NCBI GenBank assembly: GCA_030704615.1
Contig: CM060733.1
Span: forward strand, 63,860,001 to 63,924,000
From: Takakia lepidozioides
Taxonomy: Eukaryota; Plantae; Bryophyta
DNA: 64,000 nucleotides
Direction of reading: 5' to 3'
Position 1 is the stretch's first letter. Each line of letters opens with the position of its first letter. A model generated the notes under the pieces. That model made no database searches and was not told where the DNA came from. It saw nothing but the letters and a program-made list of their open reading frames with translations. Shown in pieces: positions 1 through 10,347 of this stretch. The position numbers and the translations under genes are program-made.

Positions 1-79
1 TAATGAACCTTGTCTCAGGAATGCGGCCCTTGGTCTTTGCGCAATAACTGCCAACGGTATGCAGTCAGAAAGTGGGGGG

Positions 80-1150
80 CCGTCCGGATGATGTCGGCTG
101 AAGGGGAGAAGCCGGCACCGTGCTGTCACATTAACTACCCACTACCCACCGGATGAAAATTCGGCACCGAATATCCAGCAGGGGCCACACGTATGAAGTC
201 GCCTCGGGCAGAGAGGCCGGAACCTGTCCGACAGAGAACAACCCCCGGATGGAAATTCAGCGACGAATTTCCATTCGGATCCCCCCAAAGGAAGTCGTGT
301 CGGGGGGTCAGGCCGAAAACTGGCCGACATAAAAACCTCCCCGGATGGAAAAAAACGGCGCCGAATTTCATCCGAGGCCATTCGGATGCAGTCAGCTCGG
401 GGGAAAGGCCGCCACCTGGCCCTCACATTACAACCCCCGGACGGAACTTCGGCACCGTATATCCAACAGGGGAAGCCCGGATGAAGTTGCCTCGGGCGTA
501 GAGGCCGGCGCTAGTTCGACAGAGAGCATCCCCTAGATGGAGATTCGGCGCCGAATTTCCATCCGGGGCCATTCGGATGCAGTCGGGGAGGGGGGAGAGG
601 CTGGCATCAGGCCGTCACATTTCAACCCCCGGACGGAAATTCGGCACCGAATATCCAACAGGGGACGCCCGGACGAAGTCGCTCGGGCGGAGAGGCCGGC
701 ACCTGTCCGACAGAGACCATCCCTCGGATGGAAATTCGGCGCCGAATTCCATCCGGGCCCCCTCAAAGGAAGTCCGGTCGGGTGGTGAGGCCCAAAACTG
801 GACGATTTAAAAACCTCCCAGGATGGAAAAACGACGAAGAATTTCCGTGCGGGGCAGTTCGGATGCAGTCGGGGAGGGGGGAGAGGCCGGCACCTGGCTG
901 TCACATTTCACCCACCCCCTACGGAAATTCGGCACCGAATATCCACAGGGGACGCCCGGACGAAGTCGCCTCGGGCGTAGAGGCCGGCACCTGTCCGACA
1001 GAGACCATCCCCCGGATGGAAATTCGCCGCCGAATTTCCATCCGGGCCCCCTCAAAGGAAGTCCGGTCGGGTGGTGAGGCCCCAAACTGGACGATATAAA
1101 ACCCTCCCATGGAAAAAACGGCGCCGAATTTCCAATCCGAGGCCGTTCGG
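80..1150. repeat. ~96-bp-period tandem array built on a 30-bp palindrome, with three alternating spacer types (higher-order repeat of about 288 bp)
   Basis: Core consensus GGATGGAAATTCGGCGCCGAATTTCCATCC is a perfect palindrome; degenerate copies recur at about 151, 247, 343, 439, 535, 631, 726, 821, 920, 1014 and 1108. Spacers recur in the order A,B,C,A,C,A,B,C,A,B. Confidence 0.9.
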
Positions 1151-1269
1151 ATTTCCCTCTAGCAGTCAAGGATTCCATGAAAAAACGGTCTAAAAGTGGA
1201 CTTCAGCCACAAAACTAACAGTTTAGTTTGTTTTTCACCGAAAACCAAGCGGCCACGCTCAGAATTACC

Positions 1270-2150
1270 TGCAGGAAGTAATTCGGCGCTTCAACTTACC
1301 TGGCGAATGGAAATTCGGCGCCGGATTTCATCCATCCGGGCTTTCGAATTACCTGCATGATGGAAATTCGGCGTCGAATTTCCATCCTGATCCGCTCGAA
1401 TTCCCTTCATGAACGGAAATTTTTGCGCACCGCCCTACTTGCCGGATGGAAATTCGGAGCCAAATTTCCATCCATCCGCTCGCCCCCGAATACCTGCGTG
1501 GCGGAAATTTTGCGCGCCGCCCTACCTGACAGGATGGCGCCGGATTTCCATCCATCCGGCTCCGAATACCACCAACCGCGTGGCGGAAATTTTCGCGCGA
1601 GCCGCCCTAACCTGGCAGGATGGAAATCCGGGCGCCGGATTTCATCCATCCGCTCCGAATTTACCTGCGTGGCGGAAATTTCGCCCGCGCCGCCCTGCCT
1701 GACAGGATGGAAATCCGGCGCCGGATTCCATCCATCCGGCTCCGAATTACATACCTGCGTGGGCGGAAATTTCGCGTGCCGCCCTACCTGGGCAGGATGG
1801 AAATCCGGCGCCAAATTTCCATCCATCTGCTCTCCGACCAACCTGGCGTTGAAATCCGGCGCCGGATTTCCATCCATCCGCTACGAATACCTGCGTGGCG
1901 GAAATTTTTCGCTCGCCGCCCCTACTTGGCTGGATGGAAATCCGGCGACGGAAATTTTCGCACGACCCCCTACCCGGCAGGATGGAAATTCGGGCGCTGA
2001 ATTTCCATCCTGCTGGCTCTCCGAATTACTGCATGACGAAAATTTTTGGCCGCGCCCCGCCGTACCTGGCGGATGGAAATCCGGCGCCGGAATTCTATTC
2101 TGCTGCAACTCCGAATTAACTCTACGTTGGAAATTCCGGGCCGAGTTTGC
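1270..2150. repeat. Second, more degenerate palindromic array (about 50-90 bp period) sharing the same core
   Basis: Repeated GGATGGAAAT(T/C)CGGCGCC(G/A)(G/A)ATTTCCATCCATCC alternating with GGCGGAAATTTT..CGCCGCCCTACCTG. Confidence 0.85.
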
Positions 2151-2780
2151 ATCATATTTCATCCGACAGGGAGGGCTTCATCCGACATTTAATTGCTAGT
2201 TGGGCATTAAATGTCCACCGCCGTCCGTTTTTATTCGGGCTGGCGACACATGGCTTCCTCGTCGTACGTACCCTAAATCTGATGCTAATCTTGGATTAAC
2301 TTCTATTCGAGCATGTACCCCAAAAAACTGAGATCTTTTTCCATTTTGGCTGGGACTTATGCCGCCTGAAGGGCGTGGACTCTCCTGGAGAACCTCACAT
2401 CCACGACCGCCACGGAAGTTGAAAGCTTTGTACTACGGCCGACGGCCATCTCTCCTCCCGCATGGCCAACTAAGCTCCAGCAGGATTTCCAGTGTCTTGC
2501 TCACAACCCCGCCAATGAAGCCGAGTACTCTCAGGCAAGCCACTTCTGCTTTTCGCTTTGTTCGCTTTCACTTTGTTGTTTCGCTTTGTTTTTACATCTT
2601 CATCCTGGCATCGCTGAAGCGTATGGCTGCATCGCAAAAGCAGCAGCTGTTGCGAAGAATGATCAAGGTCTGAGTGGTTAAAATTAAGGAAATCCATGCT
2701 GAGCTGAGAAGATGAAGTGCCTTCAAAACATTTCACCCTGTTTTTGTTCATCGTGTTTCATATTACCGGTGGAGTGGAAC

Positions 2781-3280
2781 NNNNNNNNNNNNNNNNNNNN
2801 NNNNNNNNNNNNNNNNNNNNNNNNNNNNNNNNNNNNNNNNNNNNNNNNNNNNNNNNNNNNNNNNNNNNNNNNNNNNNNNNNNNNNNNNNNNNNNNNNNNN
2901 NNNNNNNNNNNNNNNNNNNNNNNNNNNNNNNNNNNNNNNNNNNNNNNNNNNNNNNNNNNNNNNNNNNNNNNNNNNNNNNNNNNNNNNNNNNNNNNNNNNN
3001 NNNNNNNNNNNNNNNNNNNNNNNNNNNNNNNNNNNNNNNNNNNNNNNNNNNNNNNNNNNNNNNNNNNNNNNNNNNNNNNNNNNNNNNNNNNNNNNNNNNN
3101 NNNNNNNNNNNNNNNNNNNNNNNNNNNNNNNNNNNNNNNNNNNNNNNNNNNNNNNNNNNNNNNNNNNNNNNNNNNNNNNNNNNNNNNNNNNNNNNNNNNN
3201 NNNNNNNNNNNNNNNNNNNNNNNNNNNNNNNNNNNNNNNNNNNNNNNNNNNNNNNNNNNNNNNNNNNNNNNNNNNNNNNN
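2781..3280. other. Assembly gap (500 N)
   Basis: Run of N; ORFs called across it are artefacts. Confidence 1.
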
Positions 3281-6200
3281 ACCATCCTCGTTCCTCTTCA
3301 GTTCCCACATTCACTTCCCTCACCTGCCTCATCACAGCTGTGATTGTCCAGCCGTCACCACTTCATCCTGTAAACTACACAGTGGCTGGTTCCTCTAGGA
3401 TTTCCATTTCTCCTTCTCTTTCTTCATAGAAATGTGATGGGAACTGCTGGTTTCCTCTTCAATTGATTTGCTGACACTACACCACAGCAGATACCTCTTA
3501 ACAACTTAGGCCTTCCAGCCGCATCTCTGCAACCTGCTCCCACTCTGGGTGGTGCAGCGACAGGGTAGCTTCCTGCGCCTCATCCAGTCCTCCCCTTTAA
3601 TCATACTCTCTGACCTCGAGGTCTTCTTGTAGCAGGTAATCTACTAGATTCTTAGTGGTACTTTGTAATCTCGTGCATCCCATTATGCACGTTAGTACTG
3701 AGAATTCCAGTCATGGAATACCCTGGCCTGTTTCAGCCACGGACGTCCCAATAATAAGGAGTAAGCCTCCATGACTTCATCCATCTTCAACACAGTTACT
3801 GTGATCATAAAGATCATCTTCTGTATCTGTATCTAACTTAACTCCTCTTATCAATCCCAATTCTTGTACACTTCTTTGATCTGCCATTATTACTGTAAAT
3901 GGGGCTGGTTTCATGTTACTTAGACCAAGCTTCTTCCTTAATTGGTCTGTCATGATATTTACTCCAGAGCCTCCATCTATCAGTACATCAATTAGTTCTG
4001 TGCTTCCAATTCTCAATTGGATTACTGGCATAGAATCATCAAAGTCCATGACTGTTTCTCGCCCTTCCGGCTTCACATTATAACTGGTCACCTTGCTGTT
4101 CAGGTCTATGTTTCCTGTCTCCTGGGCAATTCGATGATTGCTTGATACAGCCTGTGTCTACAATAAGGTGCCACAGCCAATAGCTGTCCAATGGTAATCT
4201 CTGCTTTGGTCTGGCATATTACTTCAGCCAAAGTCCCTTCATTACTTTGCATGTCTGCAACTTCTTTCTTCCTTTCATCCTCACTCACTTCTTCTTCTCC
4301 ATCAGAATCAGAGGAATCTGCCACAAGAATATCAGTACTCTTCTGCATTTCCCTTATGGTATCTACCACTTCCTTGTGCAGTTCCTTCTCATCTCTCCAA
4401 GCCTCATTATCTTCAGGCATATCACTGCCATCTTCATTATCATCATCTTCCTCAACTACTGGAGGTATTAGTTTGGCTTTGCTTCTTGTTACTATCATTG
4501 TACTTACTTCTGGTACAAACATGGCCTAACCATGTGAGCTGCCACCACTGGGCCCTCATTCACAAGAGCTCTCATCTCATTCTGGTGTCTAATCTAGAAT
4601 GAACAGGCTGCCTTGCGATGTCCTGGCTGATTACAATAGTAACATAGTTCTTCACCATTGGGTCCTCGCCCTTGGTTTGCTCTTGGATAATTTCTGTAAT
4701 CCTGATTCCTGGGCTGGTAATTCCCCCTTGGATTACCCTAATAGTTGCCTCTGGAATTTCCTTGGTAATTCCCTCTTGAATTACCTCTCCCTTCCATGCC
4801 ATTGTTATAACCACCAGGCCTACCATAGTGGTCCTGATCACTGTTTCTTCTTGGCTAGGGCTGCACTTGATGCACCCTTACTTGCCTAGGTTCTCTAGCT
4901 ACTGTCCTTCTGTTGTAGTAACAATTCTCAGTAGAATGGTTATCCATTTTACAGATAGTACAGTGTTTCTCCTTCATGTGGCATTCAGTGGTGGTATGGC
5001 CTTCATTCTGGCTCTTTGCACACCAAACACCCTTCCTCCAATGTGTTGCAGCCTCTGTGGCATACTTCTTCAAGATTTCTTCTAATCTTTTCTCATAGTT
5101 ATCCCTCTTCAACTTCTCCTTTCTCTTACTCTTCCTTTTCAGTTCTTGCTCTTCTTCTTCATCTGACTCATCCTCAGAGTCCTCATCATCCCTTTTCTCT
5201 CTCCTGAGCATTCCCAATTGCTCAATTCTGTTTGCAGTTTCAAATGCCTCCTCCACTGTATTATGGGGTAACATATCCATTTTCTTCTGCAACTCTGGTC
5301 TTAGTGCACTCACAAACCAAGTCTTCTGTAAACCTGGTGCTGGTACAGCAGCCAGCTTTTTCATCATCAATTCCATCTTTTCCATATACTCCTCAACAGT
5401 TTCATGCTTCTTTTGCTTTAACTGTTGTAAACTTCCATACACTTCATCCTCAGTTTTACTTGTCCTGAACCTATTTCGGAATGTTGTATTCAGGCCATTC
5501 CAGGTTAGGAAATGATTATCAGGAATCTTGCATACCATTCACTTGCTTTCTTGATAAGTGAACAAGGAAACAATCTCATCTTGGCATCATCGCCATTCTC
5601 ATTGTTCACTATACACATGTGCTCAAATTGGCTAATGTGTACATCGGGATCCCTTTTTCCTGAATATATTGGAAAAGGTGGTTTTGCCCGTGTTGGTTGT
5701 AACGCCATCTGTGGCCCTACCTTCTGCCCACTGACAGGTGCTTGCACCCTTGCTGGTGCTGGTCATTCAGGACCTGTTGTTGTTGTGGTGGATCTTCCAC
5801 CAAGTGGTGGCCCTTGAGCACTCCCTGCTACTGGCCCCACGATATTCACAGTATTCCCAGCTCCAGTTGCACTACTTCCCACACTCCCTGTCCCCCCAGA
5901 GCCAGATCCAGGCAGCCCGCCTGATCCCCCTGAGCCGACACCTTCGTTGGCCTAGGATCCAAGTGCTCCACTTGATCCAGGTCCAACGGGTTGGGATATC
6001 CTGGCTGTAGTCTCAACCTCAGCTGTTGGGTCTACTTCTTCATACTCTTCCTCTTCCAATTTCTTCTCTCTATTTTCATCCTCCAAGTTCTGCCCTTGGG
6101 TTTCTTCTTCACTCATGTAACTCAACTGCAATGGTGTTGGAGAGTCTGAACTCTCCGTTGGCTCTGCCACATCCCCTCCTCCTTCTTCACCTTCCGCTTC

Positions 6201-6539
6201 AGAAACTGGAGTTCCTGCTTTTGGTGTTCCATGCCAACTCTTATCAAAGATTTCTGTCAAATCTTTTATCTTGGGATGTACCTCAGATCTTTCACCTCGT
6301 GATTGATCTTCTTCCCGTACCAATTCCCTTAATCTTTCTTGCAAAGAAAAAGAAGGAGTGGCATCCAACTCTAGTTCTTCCGATATGGGTGATGTACTCT
6401 CTGATCTTAATGGTGTGAAAGGTCCAGATGATTCCCCTATGTCTATTCCTCTCTCCCAAAGATATGGATAATTAGCTTTCAGATAGCTTTCTCTTTTTGC
6501 TGAATATCTCTGGCGTCTAGCTTCTCTTTCATCACTCAT
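3281..6539 (-). pseudogene. gag-protease polyprotein of element A (frameshifts and stops)
   Basis: Retrotrans_gag-like PIYSGKRDPDVHISQF...W..L...F..RF and LQQLKQKKHETVEEY; knuckles CTICKMDNHSTENC and CYYCNQPGHRKAAC; protease motif VLIDGGSGVNIM (3777-4091). Confidence 0.88.
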
Positions 6540-6560
6540 GTCCCATGTCTTTCATTTCTT

Positions 6561-7202
6561 TTAATGTGGCAATAACCAAAACTCTCTTCTGTAATATCTC
6601 TCGTATATGCTTGGGTTTCTTTCAAGCTTCAATGCACCCTTGGCTATATTAGAAGTCTCCGTTACCATATAACCATATGGCAAACAAGTCTGGAAAGCTG
6701 TTCTTGGTGTGAGTTTGATCCACAAAATATCCTTTGGAATCCAATTCTTTACCAGTACAAGCTCTTCATGCATATGAGTAAAAACATTCACCTTTCTTTC
6801 CTCCCAACCTTCAAACTCTACTCGCTTAATGGATAGCAATGCTATCACATAAACCAGTGTTGGTAACCAACGTGCTCTTCCTCTACAGGCCACCTGATAA
6901 ATCTTTATCACTCCTTTCTCCAGATCCCATTCAGGGTCAGCATCATGCACTCTCTTAAGAATGTTTTCTTTACAACCGTCTGGCAATTCCAAGAACCTCT
7001 GAAAGAATCGTTTGGACAATCTTTCCTTCTCAGTTTCACAAGGAATTTGATTCACATCAAATTCTTTAATTCTCCAACCACCATGATCCCACCAGATGCC
7101 TGTCACATCTGGTTGTTCATGACCCAGTTCCCCAGTATGGTCGCCAAATGTCGCGCGGCTTTTACTCACCCATCCCTTCGCTATCCGAGGTGGGAACTCC
7201 AA
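6561..7202 (-). CDS. Extra ORF upstream of gag (unknown function), copy A
   Basis: 213-codon open frame running from the LTR end across the PBS and stopping 21 bp before the gag ATG; near-identical copy at 8752-9447. Confidence 0.5.
   Translation of the reverse strand: MEFPPRIAKGWVSKSRATFGDHTGELGHEQPDVTGIWWDHGGWRIKEFDVNQIPCETEKERLSKRFFQRFLELPDGCKENILKRVHDADPEWDLEKGVIKIYQVACRGRARWLPTLVYVIALLSIKRVEFEGWEERKVNVFTHMHEELVLVKNWIPKDILWIKLTPRTAFQTCLPYGYMVTETSNIAKGALKLERNPSIYERYYRREFWLLPH
7129..7146 (-). promoter_or_regulatory. Primer-binding site (tRNA-Arg-like) of element A
   Basis: TGGCGACCATACTGGGGA lies 2 nt after the LTR-terminal CA and resembles Tat/Ogre Arg-type PBSs. Confidence 0.75.
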
Positions 7203-8081
7203 GATAGAAGAGTTGGAAATCTCTTAGCACTCAGCCCGCTCAGAACAATCAGTCATGACCTACAGCTAGTGTATCATGGGGGTGTTTCCTATTTGTTTTC
7301 CTTCCCGCATTCATGTTAGCTAGTTACCTTACTGTTGGTAATTAAGTATCAGTTTGCTTCAGCAATCTATCGGATTCCATCAACTCATCCATTCATTCCA
7401 CAGCTTCACTCAGATCTCTCTACACAGTGTGAGTATGAAGTATGTATCAGATTAATATCTATCAAGTATCAGGCTGAAGCCTTGGAGTCTCTAATCGGCT
7501 CTACATTACAACTCTACTGCTTGCATTCATCAAGCATCAACAGATCGTCCTCCTCCTACTCCGTGCTCTCCCTCTTTCTGCTCAAAGATGCGCTCTGCCT
7601 CATTTCCCCCCAGTGATGTCCGAAGTCCTCCCCAAGAAGTGATCGTTTTCTAGTCCTTGCTCCTGGCTTTATCTTCCTACCCGTTGTTCTAACCGTTTCC
7701 CTCACTAACCGTCATCCGTGAACTAACATGTTCCATTCGTAGATGTTGTTCCCCACAGTCGTTCCCTGTCCTGCTATCCGTTCCCTATGGTCGTGACAGC
7801 TTTGTCAAGCTGTGACTGGCTGTGCGACTGTGTTGGGCTGTGTCGGCTGTGTCGGCTGTGTCGGACTGTGACGGGTTGTGTTGGACTGTGACGAGCTGTG
7901 TTGGCTGTGACGGGCTGTGTCGGACTGTGACGGGCTGTGCTGGCTGTGACGGGCTGTGTAACCCCCCCCTAAAGTGCGCTGCTGTCACCCCTAAGGCTCC
8001 TGTTGGTCTCAGTCTGTGCAAAAATTAAGGGTACCCCACAGATCCCGTAAAAGTGCCTAAGTCCCAGACAGTCCTCTAACA
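7149..8081 (-). repeat. LTR (933 bp) of element A
   Basis: TGTTAGAGG...GCCGCGCGACA on the minus strand; homologous to 9340-10346 and 13995-14934; contains a 10-bp minisatellite (CTGTG-rich on the plus strand) at about 7790-7960. Confidence 0.92.
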
Positions 8082-10346
8082 TCCCTTCAGAGCTAGATCC
8101 AGGCAGCCCGCCTGATCCCCCTGAGCCGACACCTTCGTTGGCCTGTGATCCAAGTGCTCCACTTGATCCAGGTCCAACGGGTTGGGATGTCCTAGTTGTA
8201 GTCTCAACCTCAGCTGTTGGGTCTACTTCTTCATACTCCTTCTCTTCCAATTTCTTCTCTCTATTTTCATCCTCCAAGTTCTGCCCTTGGGTTTCTTCTT
8301 CACTTATGTAACTCAACTGCAATGGTGTTGGAGAGTCTGAACTCTCCGTTGGCTCTGCCACCTCCTCTCCTCCTTCTTCACCCTCCGCTTCAGAATATGG
8401 AGTTCCTGCTTTTGGTGTTCCATGCCAACTCTTATCAAAGATTTCTGTCAAATCTTTTATCCAGGGATGTACCTCAGATCTTTCACCTCGTGATTGATCT
8501 TCTTCCCGTACCAATTCCCTTAATCTTTCTTGCAAAGAAAAAGAAGGAGTGGCATCCAACTCTAGTTCTTCCGGTATGGGTGATGTACTCTCTGATCTTA
8601 ATGGTGTGAAAGGTCCAGATGATTCCCCTATGTCTATTCCTCTCTCCCAAAGATATGGATAATTAGCTTTCAGATAGCTTTCTCTTTTTGCTGAATATCT
8701 CTGGCGTCTAGCTTCTCTTTCATCACTCATGTCCCATGTCTTTCATTTCTTTTAATGTGGCAATAACCAAAACTCTCTTCTGTAATATCTCTCGTATATG
8801 CTTGGGTTTCTTTCAAGCTTCAATGCACCCTTGGCTATATTAGAAGTCTCCGTTACCATATAACCATATGGCAAACAAGTCTGGAAAGCTGTTCTTGGTG
8901 TGAGTTTGATCCACAAAATATCCTTTGGAATCCAATTCTTTACCAGTACAAGCTCTTCATGCATATGAGTAAAAACATTCACCTTTCTTTCCTCCCAACC
9001 TTCAAACTCTACTCGCTTAATGGATAGCAATGCTATCACATAAACCAGTGTTGGTAACCAACGTGCTCTTCCTCTACAGGCCACCTGATAAATCTTTATC
9101 ACTCCTTTCTCCAGACCCCACTCAGGGTCAGCATCATGCACTCTCTTAAGAGTGTTTTCTTTACAACCGTCTGGCAATTCCAAGAACCTCTGAAAGAATC
9201 GTTTGGACAATCTTTCCTTCTCAGTTTCATAGGGAATTTGATTCACATCAAATTCTTTAATTCTCCAACCACCATGATCCCACCAGATGCCTGTCACATC
9301 TGGTTGTTCATGACCCAGTTCCCCAGTATGGTCGCCAAATGTCGCGTGGCTTTTACTCACCCATCCCTTCGCTATCCGAGGTGGGAACTCCAAGATAGAA
9401 GAGTTGGAAATCTCTAAGCACTCAGCCCGCTCAGAACAATCAGTCATGACCTACAGCTAGTGTATCATGGGGGTGTTTCCTATTTGTATTCCTTCCCATA
9501 TTCATGTTAGCTAGTTACTTTACTGTTGGTATTTAAGTATCAGATTGCTTCAGCAATCTATCGGATTCCATCAACTCATCCATTCATTCCACAGCTTCAC
9601 TCAGATCTCTCTACACAGGGTGAGTATGAAGTATGTATCAGATTAATATCTATCAAGTATCAGGCTGAAGCCATGGAGTCTCTAATCTGCTCTACATTAC
9701 AACTCTATTGTTTGCATTCATCAAGCATCAACAGATCGTTCTCCTCCTACTCCGTGCTCTCCCTCTTCCTACTCAGAGATGCGCTCTCTGCTTCATCTCC
9801 CCCCCCCCGTGATGCCAGAAGTCCCCCCAGAAGTAGTGATCCCCAAGAAGTGATGATTCTTTTCCAGTCCTCGCTCCTGGCTTTATCTTCCTACCCGTTG
9901 TTCTAACCGTTTCCCTCACTAACCGTCATCCGTGAACTAACATGTTCCATTCGCAGATGTTGTTCCCCACAGTCGTTCCCTATCCTGTTATCCGTTCCCT
10001 ATGGTCGTGACAGCTGTGTCAAGCTGTGACTGGCTGTGTGAAACTGTGACGGGCTGTGACTGGCTGTGCGACTGTGTTGGGCTGTGTCGGGCTGTGTCGA
10101 GCTATGACTGGCTGTGCGACTGTGTCGGGCTGTGACTGCATGTGCGACTGTGTTGGGCTGTGTCGGGCTGTGTCGGACTGTGACGGGCTGTGATGGGCTG
10201 TGATGGACTGTGTTGGGCTGTGTATCTCCCCCCCTAAAGCCTGTTGCTGTCATCCCTAAGGCTCCTGTTGGTCTCAGTCTGCGTAAAAATTAAGGGTACC
10301 CCACAGATCCCATAAAAGCGTCTAAGTCCCAAGCAGTCCTCTAACA
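8082..10346 (-). mobile_element. Element B: same family, comprising 5' LTR (9340-10346), PBS, extra ORF and the gag N-terminus, cut off by LTR A
   Basis: 8082-10346 is a near-identical copy of 5891-8081 (offset 2191 in the internal part); PBS at 9320-9337. Confidence 0.9.
8752..9447 (-). CDS. Extra ORF upstream of gag, copy B (231 aa, ATG inside the LTR)
   Basis: Open frame spanning the LTR 3' end and the PBS. Confidence 0.5.
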   Translation of the reverse strand: MTDCSERAECLEISNSSILEFPPRIAKGWVSKSHATFGDHTGELGHEQPDVTGIWWDHGGWRIKEFDVNQIPYETEKERLSKRFFQRFLELPDGCKENTLKRVHDADPEWGLEKGVIKIYQVACRGRARWLPTLVYVIALLSIKRVEFEGWEERKVNVFTHMHEELVLVKNWIPKDILWIKLTPRTAFQTCLPYGYMVTETSNIAKGALKLERNPSIYERYYRREFWLLPH

Positions 10347-10347
10347 G

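Larger units (their letters stand above)
3281..8081 (-). mobile_element. Ty3/gypsy LTR retrotransposon (Tat/Ogre-like), element A; 5' half, running into the gap
   Basis: On the minus strand: 5' LTR 8081-7149, PBS TGGCGACCATACTGGGGA, an extra ORF, then gag with zinc knuckles, then an aspartic protease. Confidence 0.9.

Noticed and set aside
80-2150. CRISPR array (regularly spaced palindromic repeats)
   Set aside because: Spacers are about 65 bp and recur in three classes rather than being unique; repeats are degenerate; the context is eukaryotic with no cas genes.
135-2199. Many overlapping ORFs on both strands
   Set aside because: By-product of GC-rich palindromic repeats; no domain signal.
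2712-3398. ORFs spanning the N-run
   Set aside because: Artefacts of the assembly gap.
7790-7960. Cys/Thr-rich short ORFs in the CTGTG minisatellite (also 10000-10220 and 14110-14310)
   Set aside because: LTR-internal 10-bp tandem repeat; no evidence of coding function.
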